From a virus: 35,256 bases of DNA. The first letter of the stretch is position 1, and each line of letters opens with the position of its first letter. The stretch lies in the UHGV virus genome UHGV-1783823. One strand, given 5' to 3'. Positions 22,414-32,025 of the stretch are shown here, in pieces. The position numbers were made by a program, and so were the translations under genes. Under the pieces are notes generated by a model, which was not told the origin of the DNA, made no database searches, and saw only the letters and a program-made list of their open reading frames with translations.

Positions 22414-24391
22414 AGGTCGTAAATTGAAAGAGGCTGGTCAGTTTGTTGGTCATTGCGCATGTCCACGTTGTGGTTCATCAGATGCTGGTTCAATCTACCA
22501 CCATGACGATGATTCATATTCGATGACTTGCTTTAGTTGTAATAAAGGTTTTCCAGAGTGGGATTTTGATAAAGGACAAATTGTGAGCACTTATTCTACT
22601 GGTTCAGATAATAAAAACCGTACTTTCCGTGGAATGGATTTAGACGATGTAAAAGAAAACCTTGAAGCAATGGACTTGAAAGACAGGAAGATTCCTGCAA
22701 AAGTTCTTGAGCGTCTCGGTATCAAGGTTGACATTGACAGTGACGGTGAAATTGATGCACATTTCTATCCGACTTACAAACGTAATGAAGATGGCAAACT
22801 AGAACATGTCGGCTACCGTGTTCGTCACCGTTACCCAGAAGACCATCCAAAAGAACACCTACGTGGTAAGCTAAAAGACTTCTCAGGTGGTGTTGGAGAC
22901 ATTAAAGGTGAACTGGCAATGTTCGGTTCATGGATTGCTCCAGAAGGTGGTAACCGTCTATTCATCTGGGAAGGTGAGATGGAATGTGCGACAGCAATCT
23001 ATATGACTTCTCTTGCGATTAAGGACAAGTCTCGTCGTAAGAATTACTGTCACGTATCTGTTCCATCGGGTGCAAACATTAAGTCTATCAAAGACAACTA
23101 TCAGTACATCACATCATTTGATGAGATTTACTTGTGCTTTGATAACGATGAAGCAGGTGCTAAAGCTACCAAAGAGGCTGCTGGTATTCTACCTATTGAG
23201 AAGGTTCGTTTATTCCAGTATCCAGAGGGTGTAAAAGACCTTAATGAATGGTGGACAAAGTTCTATAAAGAGAAAGATACAGTTCTGGAAGGATTTAAGC
23301 AGCGTATCTACAATGCACCTCGTTACTGTCCTGCTGGTATCAAGAACTTTGCAGATGGTTTTGAGGCAATGAAGAATCGTGGTCAGATTCCATTGATTCC
23401 TTTCCCAGAATCTTTCGGGGATTTGAACAGACTGACTTACGGTGGTTATGGTTTGGGTGAGATTACAACTATTGCAGCACCATCTTCAGTAGGTAAGTCA
23501 GCTTACACTCGTGAGATGATTTATTCAGCTTGGAAAGAAACTGATTATAATATCGGTGTAATTCCTGTAGAAGATACTTACGAAGAGCTTATGGAAATGC
23601 TCTGTGCAATCCACCTGAGCAAGCAGATTTCTGAGATTCCTTATGACGAACGTGATTGGGATGAACTAAAAGGGGCACACGCCGAGCTTTCAAAAGGTCG
23701 TCGCATCCATATCGTTGACCATCAAGGGGCAATTGACCAAGATAACCTGCTGGAGTTTGTTGACTATCTTGTTAATAGTTTAGACTGTAAGATTATCATT
23801 CTTGACCCTATTACGTTGGCTCTGTCACGTTCTGATACGGATGAAGAGGAAGTCTTGTCTGAACTACTGCGTCGTTGCAAACGCTACCAGTATGCACAGG
23901 TGAACGTCTGTCACGTTCGTAAGAGTGCAGGTGGTCAGAAAGCTAACTCTGAAGGTGGAGATATCTCTGAAGAGGACATTAAAGGTTCTGGTGCGTATTT
24001 CCAGATTTCCATGAACAACATTCTGTTAATGCGTAACAAGGTTGACCCAGACCCTGTTAAGAAAAACTTGACAAAAATCAAGTTAACTAAGTGTCGTCGT
24101 CATGGTAAGTCAACAGGTATTGCTGGTCATACTTGGTACAATCCAGACACAGGACGTCTTATCAAAGCTTCTGGATGTGGTGTTGACATTGATGGTGCAG
24201 CAGAAAATATTCGTCAACAGTTTGGTATTGGTGAAGCTGAAGACCATTATGATGACTCTCTACCTCATTATGAAGATGAAGTGTTTGACCGTGAGACTGG
24301 TGAAGTCTATACTGAAGAACAGCTTCAAAGCTCAACGATTCCACCTGTATTAAGTGAGGATGCAGATGACTGCCCGTTTGAAACTGAGTGA
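22406..24391 (+). CDS. DNA primase-helicase (T7 gp4-like: zinc-ribbon, TOPRIM, DnaB-family helicase)
   Basis: Zn-ribbon CPRCGSSD...CFSCNKG; TOPRIM-like acidic motifs EGEMECA and FDNDEAG; Walker A APSSVGKSAYT; start at ATG 22406 with RBS GAAGAGG. Confidence 0.9.
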   Translation: MSKGRKLKEAGQFVGHCACPRCGSSDAGSIYHHDDDSYSMTCFSCNKGFPEWDFDKGQIVSTYSTGSDNKNRTFRGMDLDDVKENLEAMDLKDRKIPAKVLERLGIKVDIDSDGEIDAHFYPTYKRNEDGKLEHVGYRVRHRYPEDHPKEHLRGKLKDFSGGVGDIKGELAMFGSWIAPEGGNRLFIWEGEMECATAIYMTSLAIKDKSRRKNYCHVSVPSGANIKSIKDNYQYITSFDEIYLCFDNDEAGAKATKEAAGILPIEKVRLFQYPEGVKDLNEWWTKFYKEKDTVLEGFKQRIYNAPRYCPAGIKNFADGFEAMKNRGQIPLIPFPESFGDLNRLTYGGYGLGEITTIAAPSSVGKSAYTREMIYSAWKETDYNIGVIPVEDTYEELMEMLCAIHLSKQISEIPYDERDWDELKGAHAELSKGRRIHIVDHQGAIDQDNLLEFVDYLVNSLDCKIIILDPITLALSRSDTDEEEVLSELLRRCKRYQYAQVNVCHVRKSAGGQKANSEGGDISEEDIKGSGAYFQISMNNILLMRNKVDPDPVKKNLTKIKLTKCRRHGKSTGIAGHTWYNPDTGRLIKASGCGVDIDGAAENIRQQFGIGEAEDHYDDSLPHYEDEVFDRETGEVYTEEQLQSSTIPPVLSEDADDCPFETE

Positions 24392-24647
24392 TAGTTATAA
24401 AAGAGAGGGGTTCATACCCTTCTTTGAAGAAAAAAGTTTAAATGAATTTCAGGAAGAGTGTTTGACAAAGGTTGATAGGTTCTATAGAATGCTCTACATG
24501 AAATGTGATGGAGGCGTTGAGGCAGAAGAAAAGTTCCATCACAGCATAATCACAGTCACCATTACTATACCTAAACATAATATTGGTTGGCTCTTTATAA
24601 TTAAAGAAAATGTGTTTGAATATCAAGTATATCGGAGAATATCATGA
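24354..24647 (+). CDS. Hypothetical protein
   Basis: 97 aa ORF overlapping primase-helicase end; its stop overlaps the next small ORF start (ATGA). Confidence 0.4.
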   Translation: MRMQMTARLKLSDSYKREGFIPFFEEKSLNEFQEECLTKVDRFYRMLYMKCDGGVEAEEKFHHSIITVTITIPKHNIGWLFIIKENVFEYQVYRRIS

Positions 24648-24793
24648 AACACTCTAAAGCATTTGAAAAAGTTTTTGGGGATTCCTTAAAAGCCACTGCT
24701 GGTAAACCAGCAAAATACTATGAAGAGAAGCGTGTAAGAACTGGAAAAACTGCACGTAAAGCAGCTTCTAAAGATAAGCACAACTTCCAGTAA
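24644..24793 (+). CDS. Small basic protein (49 aa), not in supplied ORF track
   Basis: ATG at 24644 preceded by GGAGA RBS; translation MKHSKAFEKVFGDSLKATAGKPAKYYEEKRVRTGKTARKAASKDKHNFQ. Confidence 0.4.
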   Translation: MKHSKAFEKVFGDSLKATAGKPAKYYEEKRVRTGKTARKAASKDKHNFQ

Positions 24794-24800
24794 TTAATGT

Positions 24801-24829
24801 TTGACAATAGAGTATCAACAAATTAGAAT
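24801..24829 (+). promoter_or_regulatory. Sigma70-like promoter (TTGACA-17 bp-TAGAAT) upstream of SSB candidate
   Basis: Consensus -35 TTGACA at 24801-24806, 17-bp spacer, -10 TAGAAT at 24824-24829; RBS AGAGG before ATG 24866. Confidence 0.6.
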
Positions 24830-24865
24830 TGGTACTCTTCATAAATTGAGATAGAGGTTTAAATA

Positions 24866-25723
24866 ATGTCTAAAGTTGTTAAAATGAAAGCTCCGGTAGA
24901 GAAGTACAACGGTACTGAACGTCAAACTCTGCGTTACCTTCTGAAAGATGTCTGGTTTTATTACCTGAACACTTCACCACGTCCGGGAAAAGGCAAGTCC
25001 ATTGATAAGAAATTCCCAGGCAAAGACTGTAACTACAGCGTTTCAATTCTGGCAGAAGATGGTAACAAGCTGTTTAAAGAGTTTACTAAGTCTAAGAAAA
25101 ACCCAGAAGGTTGGGATAAAGTTACCACTGAAGCAGTTGATGCAGATGACTTCGAAGAGAAGTTTGGTTGCAAACCACCATTTGAAGCAGACACTTACTA
25201 CATCTTGAAAGTAAGTCGTGCAGCAGCTTATAAAGATGGTGCTGTATGGACAGCTAAACAGTCATTCCCTGTAATGCTGATTGAAGAAGTAAATGGTAAG
25301 CGTGTAGCTGTTAAGCAGCCGATGAAGAAAATCAAAGCTCAAGCATCTGATAAGCATGAAGATGATAAGAACTATGATGTAATTCATCCAGATATCGCAG
25401 TTGGTAACGGTTCTTTTGGTAGTGTGATTCTTTCTACTCACTTCTACACTTTTGAGAACAATGTTCTGACAAAACCTATTCAGGAACAGTTTATCATTGA
25501 TACCCTTGTACCTTACACTGGTGGTAACGGTGCTAACGGTGAACCTGAGCTAGATGAAGATGAACTGGCTATGCTTGGTCTTGATGGTGTCGAAGATAAC
25601 GGTGAAATCACTGAAGAAGACGCAACAGACCATAAATCTTCGAATGATTCTGATGATGGTGACGATGAAGACTTGCCAGACCCAGATGACGAAGAAGATG
25701 AAGACTTCGATACAGAAGACTAA
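24866..25723 (+). CDS. Putative single-stranded DNA-binding protein with acidic C-terminal tail
   Basis: Own strong promoter and terminator; extremely acidic C-terminus (DDGDDEDLPDPDDEEDEDFDTED) as in phage SSBs; lies between primase-helicase and flap endonuclease; no motif-level proof. Confidence 0.5.
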   Translation: MSKVVKMKAPVEKYNGTERQTLRYLLKDVWFYYLNTSPRPGKGKSIDKKFPGKDCNYSVSILAEDGNKLFKEFTKSKKNPEGWDKVTTEAVDADDFEEKFGCKPPFEADTYYILKVSRAAAYKDGAVWTAKQSFPVMLIEEVNGKRVAVKQPMKKIKAQASDKHEDDKNYDVIHPDIAVGNGSFGSVILSTHFYTFENNVLTKPIQEQFIIDTLVPYTGGNGANGEPELDEDELAMLGLDGVEDNGEITEEDATDHKSSNDSDDGDDEDLPDPDDEEDEDFDTED

Positions 25724-25740
25724 TATCTAAAAGTTACTTT

Positions 25741-25769
25741 AAAGCCCTGTACTTAGTATGGGGCTTTTT
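25741..25769 (+). terminator. Terminator-like hairpin after SSB candidate
   Basis: AAAGCCC / GGGCTTT 7-bp stem, 13-nt loop, then TTTTT. Confidence 0.45.
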
Positions 25770-25785
25770 CATATGGAGAGCCATA

Positions 25786-26832
25786 ATGGAGAAGTACACA
25801 TTAACAAAACTTCCCGATTCAGTTACACATGTTTTTATTGACTCTGACAGCATTGCCTATAAAGGTGCTTGTGTAGTTGAGAAAGCAAAATATAAATACG
25901 TCAATAAACTCACAGCAGAAGAATCTGAACCATTTGACAATGCGAAAGATGCTGCAAGATGGTTAGCAGACCAGAGAATCCTTGTGGAAGAACTTGGCCT
26001 GACATTTGATGAAGATGAATGGGAAAGACAGACTTGGAAAGAAGCTAAGAGTGAAAAAGAAGCTATCATGGCTACTCAACAGGTGCTTCAGGAATGGCTT
26101 AAGATTGTTGGTAAAGAAAGAACTTGGGTAGGTTATTTAACAGAGAAAGGTGTGCATAAACATAAAGACATTAAAGGTCTTGAGCACCAATATCAAGGTA
26201 ACCGTAAAGATGCTGTCACACCAACACACTTAGTCGCTTGTCGTGAATACCTTCTGTCAAGACCAGAGTTCAAACTAATTCTTGATGGATTTGAAGCCGA
26301 TTCTATCGTTATTGCTAAAGCTGAAAAGATGGGTAAAAAGGCTGCCTTGATGAGTATTGATAAAGACCTTCGCCAAGCTGAAGGGACTTACTGCATTGAT
26401 ATGACCTATGAAAAGTCGCCTTTGATTTTCATTGCTGACAACAACGTAGGTGAAATTTGGGATTGCCCAATAAAATCAACACCAAAAGCTAAGAAGACAG
26501 TTGGTGTAGGTTTTAAATTCCTTTGTTATCAAGCTGTGGCTGGTGACAATGCTGATAATTATTTTGGTTTAAAGGGTGTTGGTAAGGCTACTGTAATGAA
26601 AGCCCTTGAAGGTAAAAATACTTATAAAGAGTGTCTTGATGCTATCTATGAACTTTATGCTAAGAAAGACTCCTACACTTATGTATCATGGGATGGTCAA
26701 ACAATTACCAGAACACCTTTAGAATTAATGCAGCAACACTTTTTCTTAGCTTATCAGGAAAGAAATAAAAAAGACGATTTTACTTTTGATAAGTATGGGT
26801 GGACACCAAATGTTAACTCAACAAACTCTTAA
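25786..26832 (+). CDS. Flap endonuclease / 5-prime-3-prime exonuclease (FEN-like)
   Basis: N-terminal acidic motif VFIDSDSIAYKG; H3TH-like segment AGDNADNYFGLKGVGKATVMKAL. Confidence 0.7.
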   Translation: MEKYTLTKLPDSVTHVFIDSDSIAYKGACVVEKAKYKYVNKLTAEESEPFDNAKDAARWLADQRILVEELGLTFDEDEWERQTWKEAKSEKEAIMATQQVLQEWLKIVGKERTWVGYLTEKGVHKHKDIKGLEHQYQGNRKDAVTPTHLVACREYLLSRPEFKLILDGFEADSIVIAKAEKMGKKAALMSIDKDLRQAEGTYCIDMTYEKSPLIFIADNNVGEIWDCPIKSTPKAKKTVGVGFKFLCYQAVAGDNADNYFGLKGVGKATVMKALEGKNTYKECLDAIYELYAKKDSYTYVSWDGQTITRTPLELMQQHFFLAYQERNKKDDFTFDKYGWTPNVNSTNS

Positions 26833-27301
26833 AGAATACCTACATTATGACCCCGAAACAGGGGTCTTTACTTGGATTAAGAAATCTGCTAGACACACAA
26901 AAATTGGCTCTGTTGCAGGTACAAACTTAAGAGGGTACACCAGAATTTATTTGTTTGGTAAGGGCTATTATGCACATACCCTAGCCGTTCTGTATATGGA
27001 TGGATACCTACCTGAGTGTGTTGACCATAAAAATCATGTAACACTAGACAATCGCTGGGTAAATCTTAGGGCATGTACGTTATCAGAGAACCAATGTAAT
27101 AGGTTGCTCAATAAGAACAATAAATCAGGTGTTAAAGGTGTGTACTACAAAAAACAGTATGGTAAGTGGTCTACACAGATAACTTTTAAGAAGAGGGTCT
27201 ACTTCTTCGGCAACTATGACACTATTGATGAAGCAGCAGAGGTTGTAAATAGGGAACGTCAACGTTTACACAAAGAGTTTGCTAATAAAGGTGATGAATG
27301 A
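26810..27301 (+). CDS. HNH homing endonuclease with AP2-like DNA-binding domain
   Basis: N-terminal LKEYLHYDPETGVFTW; HNH core CVDHKNHVTLDNRWVNLRACTLSENQCN; AP2-like GVKGVYYKKQYGKWSTQITFKKRVYFFGNYDTIDEAAE; start chosen at ATG 26810 (ORF track begins at TTG 26786). Confidence 0.8.
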   Translation: MLTQQTLKEYLHYDPETGVFTWIKKSARHTKIGSVAGTNLRGYTRIYLFGKGYYAHTLAVLYMDGYLPECVDHKNHVTLDNRWVNLRACTLSENQCNRLLNKNNKSGVKGVYYKKQYGKWSTQITFKKRVYFFGNYDTIDEAAEVVNRERQRLHKEFANKGDE

Positions 27302-27798
27302 GAAAAATAAAAGGTTTTGGTAATTGCCCTGAATATGGACATTGGGTTTCACTATGTGGTGAAGTTGACCCAGCAAAGCACTTTGGTTTTGTCTACCTAG
27401 TGTACTGCAAAAAGACTGGACAGTACTATTTGGGTAAGAAACAGCTTAATAGTGTGACCAAAAGAAAAGTTGCTGGCAAGACTCGGAAGAAGGTAGTCAC
27501 TAAGGAAAGTGATTGGATGACTTATGAGACTTCTTCTGAGTATATTAAAAAAGATATTGAGAGTTTTGGAAAAGAATTTTTTGACTTTTACATTATTCAA
27601 ACCTACTACACAAAAGGTGGCCTAGTCTATGGTGAAGCAAACCTTCAACATAAATTCGATGTAATGACAAAAAGGATTGACTCGAAGCTCAGACTCTTCT
27701 ACAATGCCAATATTGCAGCAATTAAGTTTATTACTAAAGAAACTTATGAAGATGCTGAAAAAAGAATCCATAAGGTAATGAAAGCAAATTGTGCTTGA
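27298..27798 (+). CDS. Putative GIY-YIG family endonuclease
   Basis: N-terminal FGFVYLVYCKKTGQYYLGKK resembles the GIY...YIG motif pair with expected spacing; ATGA overlap with HNH gene. Confidence 0.5.
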   Translation: MRKIKGFGNCPEYGHWVSLCGEVDPAKHFGFVYLVYCKKTGQYYLGKKQLNSVTKRKVAGKTRKKVVTKESDWMTYETSSEYIKKDIESFGKEFFDFYIIQTYYTKGGLVYGEANLQHKFDVMTKRIDSKLRLFYNANIAAIKFITKETYEDAEKRIHKVMKANCA

Positions 27799-27804
27799 TA
27801 ACTA

Positions 27805-28068
27805 TTGAGAGAGAATAAAATGTTTAACAAAAGTAAAGCTGTGAGTCATGTAGCAAAGGTTGACAGCAAGATTGAAGAACTTGAGCGCATTCTTGCAAAT
27901 GCCAGAGAGTCAATAATTAAAGAAGTTGAAGCTGTTGAATCCCAAATGCAGCACCTAATGCTTAAACGTCAAGAGTTACGTGAGCATCTGGAATATATTG
28001 AAACACGAGAGCTAAAAGTTAACAGATATTTTAAGGAGTCCGAATGTTTAACTCAAGAGAATCAGTAA
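27805..28068 (+). CDS. Hypothetical coiled-coil protein
   Basis: 87 aa, charged helical sequence. Confidence 0.45.
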   Translation: MRENKMFNKSKAVSHVAKVDSKIEELERILANARESIIKEVEAVESQMQHLMLKRQELREHLEYIETRELKVNRYFKESECLTQENQ

Positions 28069-28799
28069 AAAACTGGAACCTTCGTTGTGGAAACACTCAA
28101 AAGCAACCTTACAGTAATGAGTATTGGGAATCTTTAAAATCTCAATCTCTGTGTATGCTTGAAGAAGCAAAAGAGCTTGTAAAAGCAATTGAAGAGAAAG
28201 ACCCCATTGAGACACTGGATGCTCAGGCAGATTTACAATATGTTCTTGACGGTTTGATTTACCTGTCACAACATGACCATAACGGTGCTATGGAAGCTGT
28301 TTGCCATAATAATGACCTGAAGTACACAGATGACTATGAAGAAGCTTTAAAACGTCTTGCAGACATTGAAAATCGTACTGGTCAAGAGTGTGTTATCAGA
28401 ATGTCAGTAGTTGATGGTAAAGAATGGTATGCGATTGTTCGTGCAGCCGATGGGAAGATTATGAAGCAATCAAATCTCCCTAAAGTACAGCTTGGTGAAT
28501 ACATTGTAGAACTTGAAAGCCAAGAACTTTTTGTGGTAGTATCTGAGACATGCGTTATCTGCAAAGGTATTGTAGATAGTTTAAAGAATTTGGGTGTAGA
28601 TGGTTTTGTAGAAGTTAATCCAATTACCTCTAAAGCAGATAAAGACTTCTGTAAAGAGAATGGACTATGGATTGCAGATATTATCTACTATGATGGTGAG
28701 CAGTTCCATGTAACCTCATACCCGAAACTGAATTATGATGCTAATAACCTGAAGTGTTGGTTAAAAGGGGTTGGTTATAATGGATTCACAGAACATTAA
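28044..28799 (+). CDS. MazG-like nucleotide pyrophosphohydrolase domain protein with C-terminal extension
   Basis: N-terminal LEEAKELVKAIEEKDPIETLDAQADLQYVLDGLIYL resembles the MazG EExxE...E..D helical motif; C-terminal ~150 aa unassigned. Confidence 0.4.
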   Translation: MFNSRESVKNWNLRCGNTQKQPYSNEYWESLKSQSLCMLEEAKELVKAIEEKDPIETLDAQADLQYVLDGLIYLSQHDHNGAMEAVCHNNDLKYTDDYEEALKRLADIENRTGQECVIRMSVVDGKEWYAIVRAADGKIMKQSNLPKVQLGEYIVELESQELFVVVSETCVICKGIVDSLKNLGVDGFVEVNPITSKADKDFCKENGLWIADIIYYDGEQFHVTSYPKLNYDANNLKCWLKGVGYNGFTEH

Positions 28800-29103
28800 T
28801 AAAGAGGGTGTGGCTCAGAAGAGCCACTTCTCAAACTACAATATTTCTATGACGGTGTTTATGAATGACCCGTTACTTGAAAAGTATGGTGAGACTCCAG
28901 ATACACTTCTGGATAATGAACAAGTTTTAAAAGCAGTCCTGTACAAATACGGGATTGACATTGAGAAAGAGTATTCTTTTGAAATCTGCCAACACAGGAA
29001 TACTTTCGGTAAAGTTGTGATGGCTCCGCTCTTTATGGGTGTAGAAAGGACTGACTATGGTTGGCTGTATCTGAAAAGAAACTTGGAGAAATACCGTGTT
29101 TAA
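28771..29103 (+). CDS. Hypothetical protein
   Basis: 110 aa ORF, co-oriented and overlapping neighbours. Confidence 0.45.
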   Translation: MVIMDSQNINKEGVAQKSHFSNYNISMTVFMNDPLLEKYGETPDTLLDNEQVLKAVLYKYGIDIEKEYSFEICQHRNTFGKVVMAPLFMGVERTDYGWLYLKRNLEKYRV

Positions 29104-29431
29104 AGCAAAAAAGCTATCTTATGATGATATCATTTCTGGCGCTAAATTAGGTGTTGACAGTCTCGGACAAGACGTTAAACACGGAGACACAGTGATGTAC
29201 TGTGATGACCGAAGAGGAAGAAGTGCAATCTTGTTTGGAAAAGTTGTATGTAAAATACGCGGTAATTATGTTGTTTCAGATATGGATGTCAACGTCGCAC
29301 AAAAGCTCAAAACAATCATGGATAGCAAGATTTCATCATGGCTCTTAAATTGTATGCACGCATCGTCAATCACAAAGGTAAGTGATAAGTTTTACGATAT
29401 GTGGCAGAATGAGCAAATTTTCAAGATTTAA
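29096..29431 (+). CDS. Hypothetical protein
   Basis: 111 aa ORF, co-oriented. Confidence 0.45.
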   Translation: MFKAKKLSYDDIISGAKLGVDSLGQDVKHGDTVMYCDDRRGRSAILFGKVVCKIRGNYVVSDMDVNVAQKLKTIMDSKISSWLLNCMHASSITKVSDKFYDMWQNEQIFKI

Positions 29432-29437
29432 ACTAGG

Positions 29438-29459
29438 GAGCCTCTTCGGAGGCTCTTTT
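29438..29459 (+). terminator. Rho-independent terminator with UUCG tetraloop
   Basis: GAGCCTC-TTCG-GAGGCTC perfect 7-bp stem followed by TTTT. Confidence 0.7.
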
Positions 29460-29477
29460 CATCTGTAGGATTTAAAA

Positions 29478-31712
29478 ATGATTAAGACAATTAAAAAATC
29501 AAACGGTACAGTAGTAAGCTTTGACCCAGAAAGACTGAATAAATGGGCATCATGGGCAGATAAGCGTGGAATTATCTGGTCAGAAGTCACTATGGAAGCT
29601 ATGAAACGTGTCTATGAAGGTTGCACCACAAAAGAGATGCACCAAGCCATGATTGATGTTTGTGTTGATAAACAAACTCAAGAGTACTCAGATATGGCTG
29701 GACGGCTACTTCTGGGTATTATCTACAAAGAAGCCTTTGGAGGCTTTACTAAGGTTCCTACGCTGATTACCTTCGTTAAAAATATGGAGAGAGCAGGACT
29801 TTGGGAGAAGATGGATTATTCACAGGAAGAGCTTGAATACCTGCAAGGTTACATCGTGCACTCAAAAGATATCTCTTACGGTTATGCAGTCTTGAAACAG
29901 TTCAGAGACAAGTATGGTATCCGTGATATTAAAACTGGAAGACTTTTTGAGTCACCTCAATTTATGTTTATGGGTATGGCTATGAAAGCCTTTGAGAAGC
30001 AACCAAAGCACCGTAGACTGCAAGATGTTATCAAGCTGTACACTTACCTATCTGACCTGAAGATTAACGCTCCTACGCCTTATTTAAACGGTTTAAGAGC
30101 AACTAAATCAGGCTATGCGTCATGCTGTTTGATTAAGGCAAATGATACTGCTGAATCACTTGGTATTGCTGCAAAGATTGCTTATGACATGACTACAAAG
30201 CAAGCTGGTATTGGTATGCTGATGGAGACTCGCACTATTGGTGATGGTATCCGTCAAAATACTATTGAGCACATGGGTAAGCTACCTTATTACAAGCTTG
30301 TACGTTCATCTGTAGAGGCAAACAAACAGAAGAGTCGTGGTGGTTCAGCTAATAACTTCTACACTGCTCTAGACCCGCAGATTGAAGATTTACTGCGTTT
30401 GAAGCACCCTACAACGGTTCCTTCTAAACGTATTAATGAGATGGACTACTCATTCGGCACAAACGATTACTTCTGGCAGTGTGTTCAGTATGATACAGAT
30501 TGGTTGCTATTCTCTTACAAAGATGCACCAAAACTCTATGACATGTTCTACACAGCATCTGCTGATGAGTTTGCTATGGCAGTTGGTCACGCAGTACATT
30601 CAGGAGTTAAGCACAGACGAGTCAAGGCTCGTGAAATTGCTAAGCTGTTTATTCAACAGCGTTATGCTACAGGTCGTGTGTATCCATTCTTCACTAACAA
30701 TGCAAACACACATACACCATTTAAAGAACCATTGAAGATGTCAAATCTTTGTATGGAAATTGTATTGCCAGTGTATGGTTTTGAGAAAGAGACAGACCTT
30801 TACAGAGACGATGCTGTGAAAGAGGATGGTGAGGTGGCTCTTTGCTTCCTAGCTAGTTTGGTTGCAGGGAGAATTTCAGAAGATGAATACGCTGACGTTG
30901 CTTATTATGCTCTTGCAATGGTTGACTCCGTTATTGACCTTATGGATTATCCGTATCCGTCGATGCGTAACCATGTTCAGAAGCGTCGTTCTGTTGGGAT
31001 TGGCCTTACAAATGTGGCTCATTACCTTGCGAAGAACTATGTGAACTACTCTTCACGAGCAGGTAAAACGAAACTTCATGAACTGGCAGAGATGCACTCT
31101 TACTATCTGCATGAAGCCTCTCTGAGACTTGCTAAAGAGCGTGGCGTTCCAGAGTACATGAAGTTCACTAAGTATCCTGAAGGCTGGGTTCCTCCAAAGA
31201 CAGCTAACAAGAAGATTGATGAAAAGCATGATGCAAAACTACGATATGATTGGGATGACTTAGCACAACGTATCAAAGAAAATGGTGGAATCCGAAACTC
31301 TGTATTAGAAGCTTACATGCCTAATGAGAGTTCTTCACTAGCAACTAACACGACAAATGGCTTGTACCCAATTCGTGACTTTATTTTAACTAAAAAGTCT
31401 GCAACTGGTAACGTACTGTTTATTGTTCCAGATTATGAAGAGTTGAAGTATGTTTATGAAATTGCTTGGGATATTGACACCTTTGACATGATTGATTGTT
31501 ATGCAATTGTTCAAAAGTTCACTGGTCAAGCTATTTCTTCAGACTTCTATGTTGACTATGCAAAGTCTAAGAAGGTATCATTGGCTCAAGCTCTGAAGTA
31601 CATGATTTATGCCAACTCGGTAGGTATGAAAACCATGTACTACCTTAATAGTCGCATTGGTGTAGGTAAATCTGCACTGCAAGATGCTTATTGCGAGGGT
31701 TGTGGTGTTTAG
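29478..31712 (+). CDS. nrdA: Ribonucleotide reductase class Ia large subunit
   Basis: N-terminal ATP-cone-like region (VVSFDPERL); active-site NLCMEI; C-terminal redox Cys pair (CEGCGV); 744 aa. Confidence 0.9.
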   Translation: MIKTIKKSNGTVVSFDPERLNKWASWADKRGIIWSEVTMEAMKRVYEGCTTKEMHQAMIDVCVDKQTQEYSDMAGRLLLGIIYKEAFGGFTKVPTLITFVKNMERAGLWEKMDYSQEELEYLQGYIVHSKDISYGYAVLKQFRDKYGIRDIKTGRLFESPQFMFMGMAMKAFEKQPKHRRLQDVIKLYTYLSDLKINAPTPYLNGLRATKSGYASCCLIKANDTAESLGIAAKIAYDMTTKQAGIGMLMETRTIGDGIRQNTIEHMGKLPYYKLVRSSVEANKQKSRGGSANNFYTALDPQIEDLLRLKHPTTVPSKRINEMDYSFGTNDYFWQCVQYDTDWLLFSYKDAPKLYDMFYTASADEFAMAVGHAVHSGVKHRRVKAREIAKLFIQQRYATGRVYPFFTNNANTHTPFKEPLKMSNLCMEIVLPVYGFEKETDLYRDDAVKEDGEVALCFLASLVAGRISEDEYADVAYYALAMVDSVIDLMDYPYPSMRNHVQKRRSVGIGLTNVAHYLAKNYVNYSSRAGKTKLHELAEMHSYYLHEASLRLAKERGVPEYMKFTKYPEGWVPPKTANKKIDEKHDAKLRYDWDDLAQRIKENGGIRNSVLEAYMPNESSSLATNTTNGLYPIRDFILTKKSATGNVLFIVPDYEELKYVYEIAWDIDTFDMIDCYAIVQKFTGQAISSDFYVDYAKSKKVSLAQALKYMIYANSVGMKTMYYLNSRIGVGKSALQDAYCEGCGV

Positions 31713-31767
31713 TTTTAACAACTATGGGGGTCGTAAAAGACCCTCTAAAAATAACTTTGGAGAGACC

Positions 31768-32025
31768 ATGAAAGATTTAATAGAAAAACATGAGCGACCT
31801 ATATACTTGCTCCATAAGCCTCGGAAAACGATGTACTATGTGAGTAGCACAGACATGATGATAAAACAAAATGATGACTCATGGGTTGCTGGTATCTCTT
31901 ACATCTCTACAGCAGATGGTAAAATCTACGCAAGACCTTATGAGATGTTTAACAAAGAAAATTGGGAAGTTTTAGACAGAAAACAAGCCTTAGAAATGAT
32001 AAAGAAAGGAGAAATCACGCTATGA
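31768..32025 (+). CDS. Small protein encoded between nrdA and nrdB (85 aa)
   Basis: ATG 31768 preceded by RBS GGAGAG; stop overlaps nrdB start (ATGA); ORF track shows a longer version from 31684. Confidence 0.5.
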   Translation: MKDLIEKHERPIYLLHKPRKTMYYVSSTDMMIKQNDDSWVAGISYISTADGKIYARPYEMFNKENWEVLDRKQALEMIKKGEITL

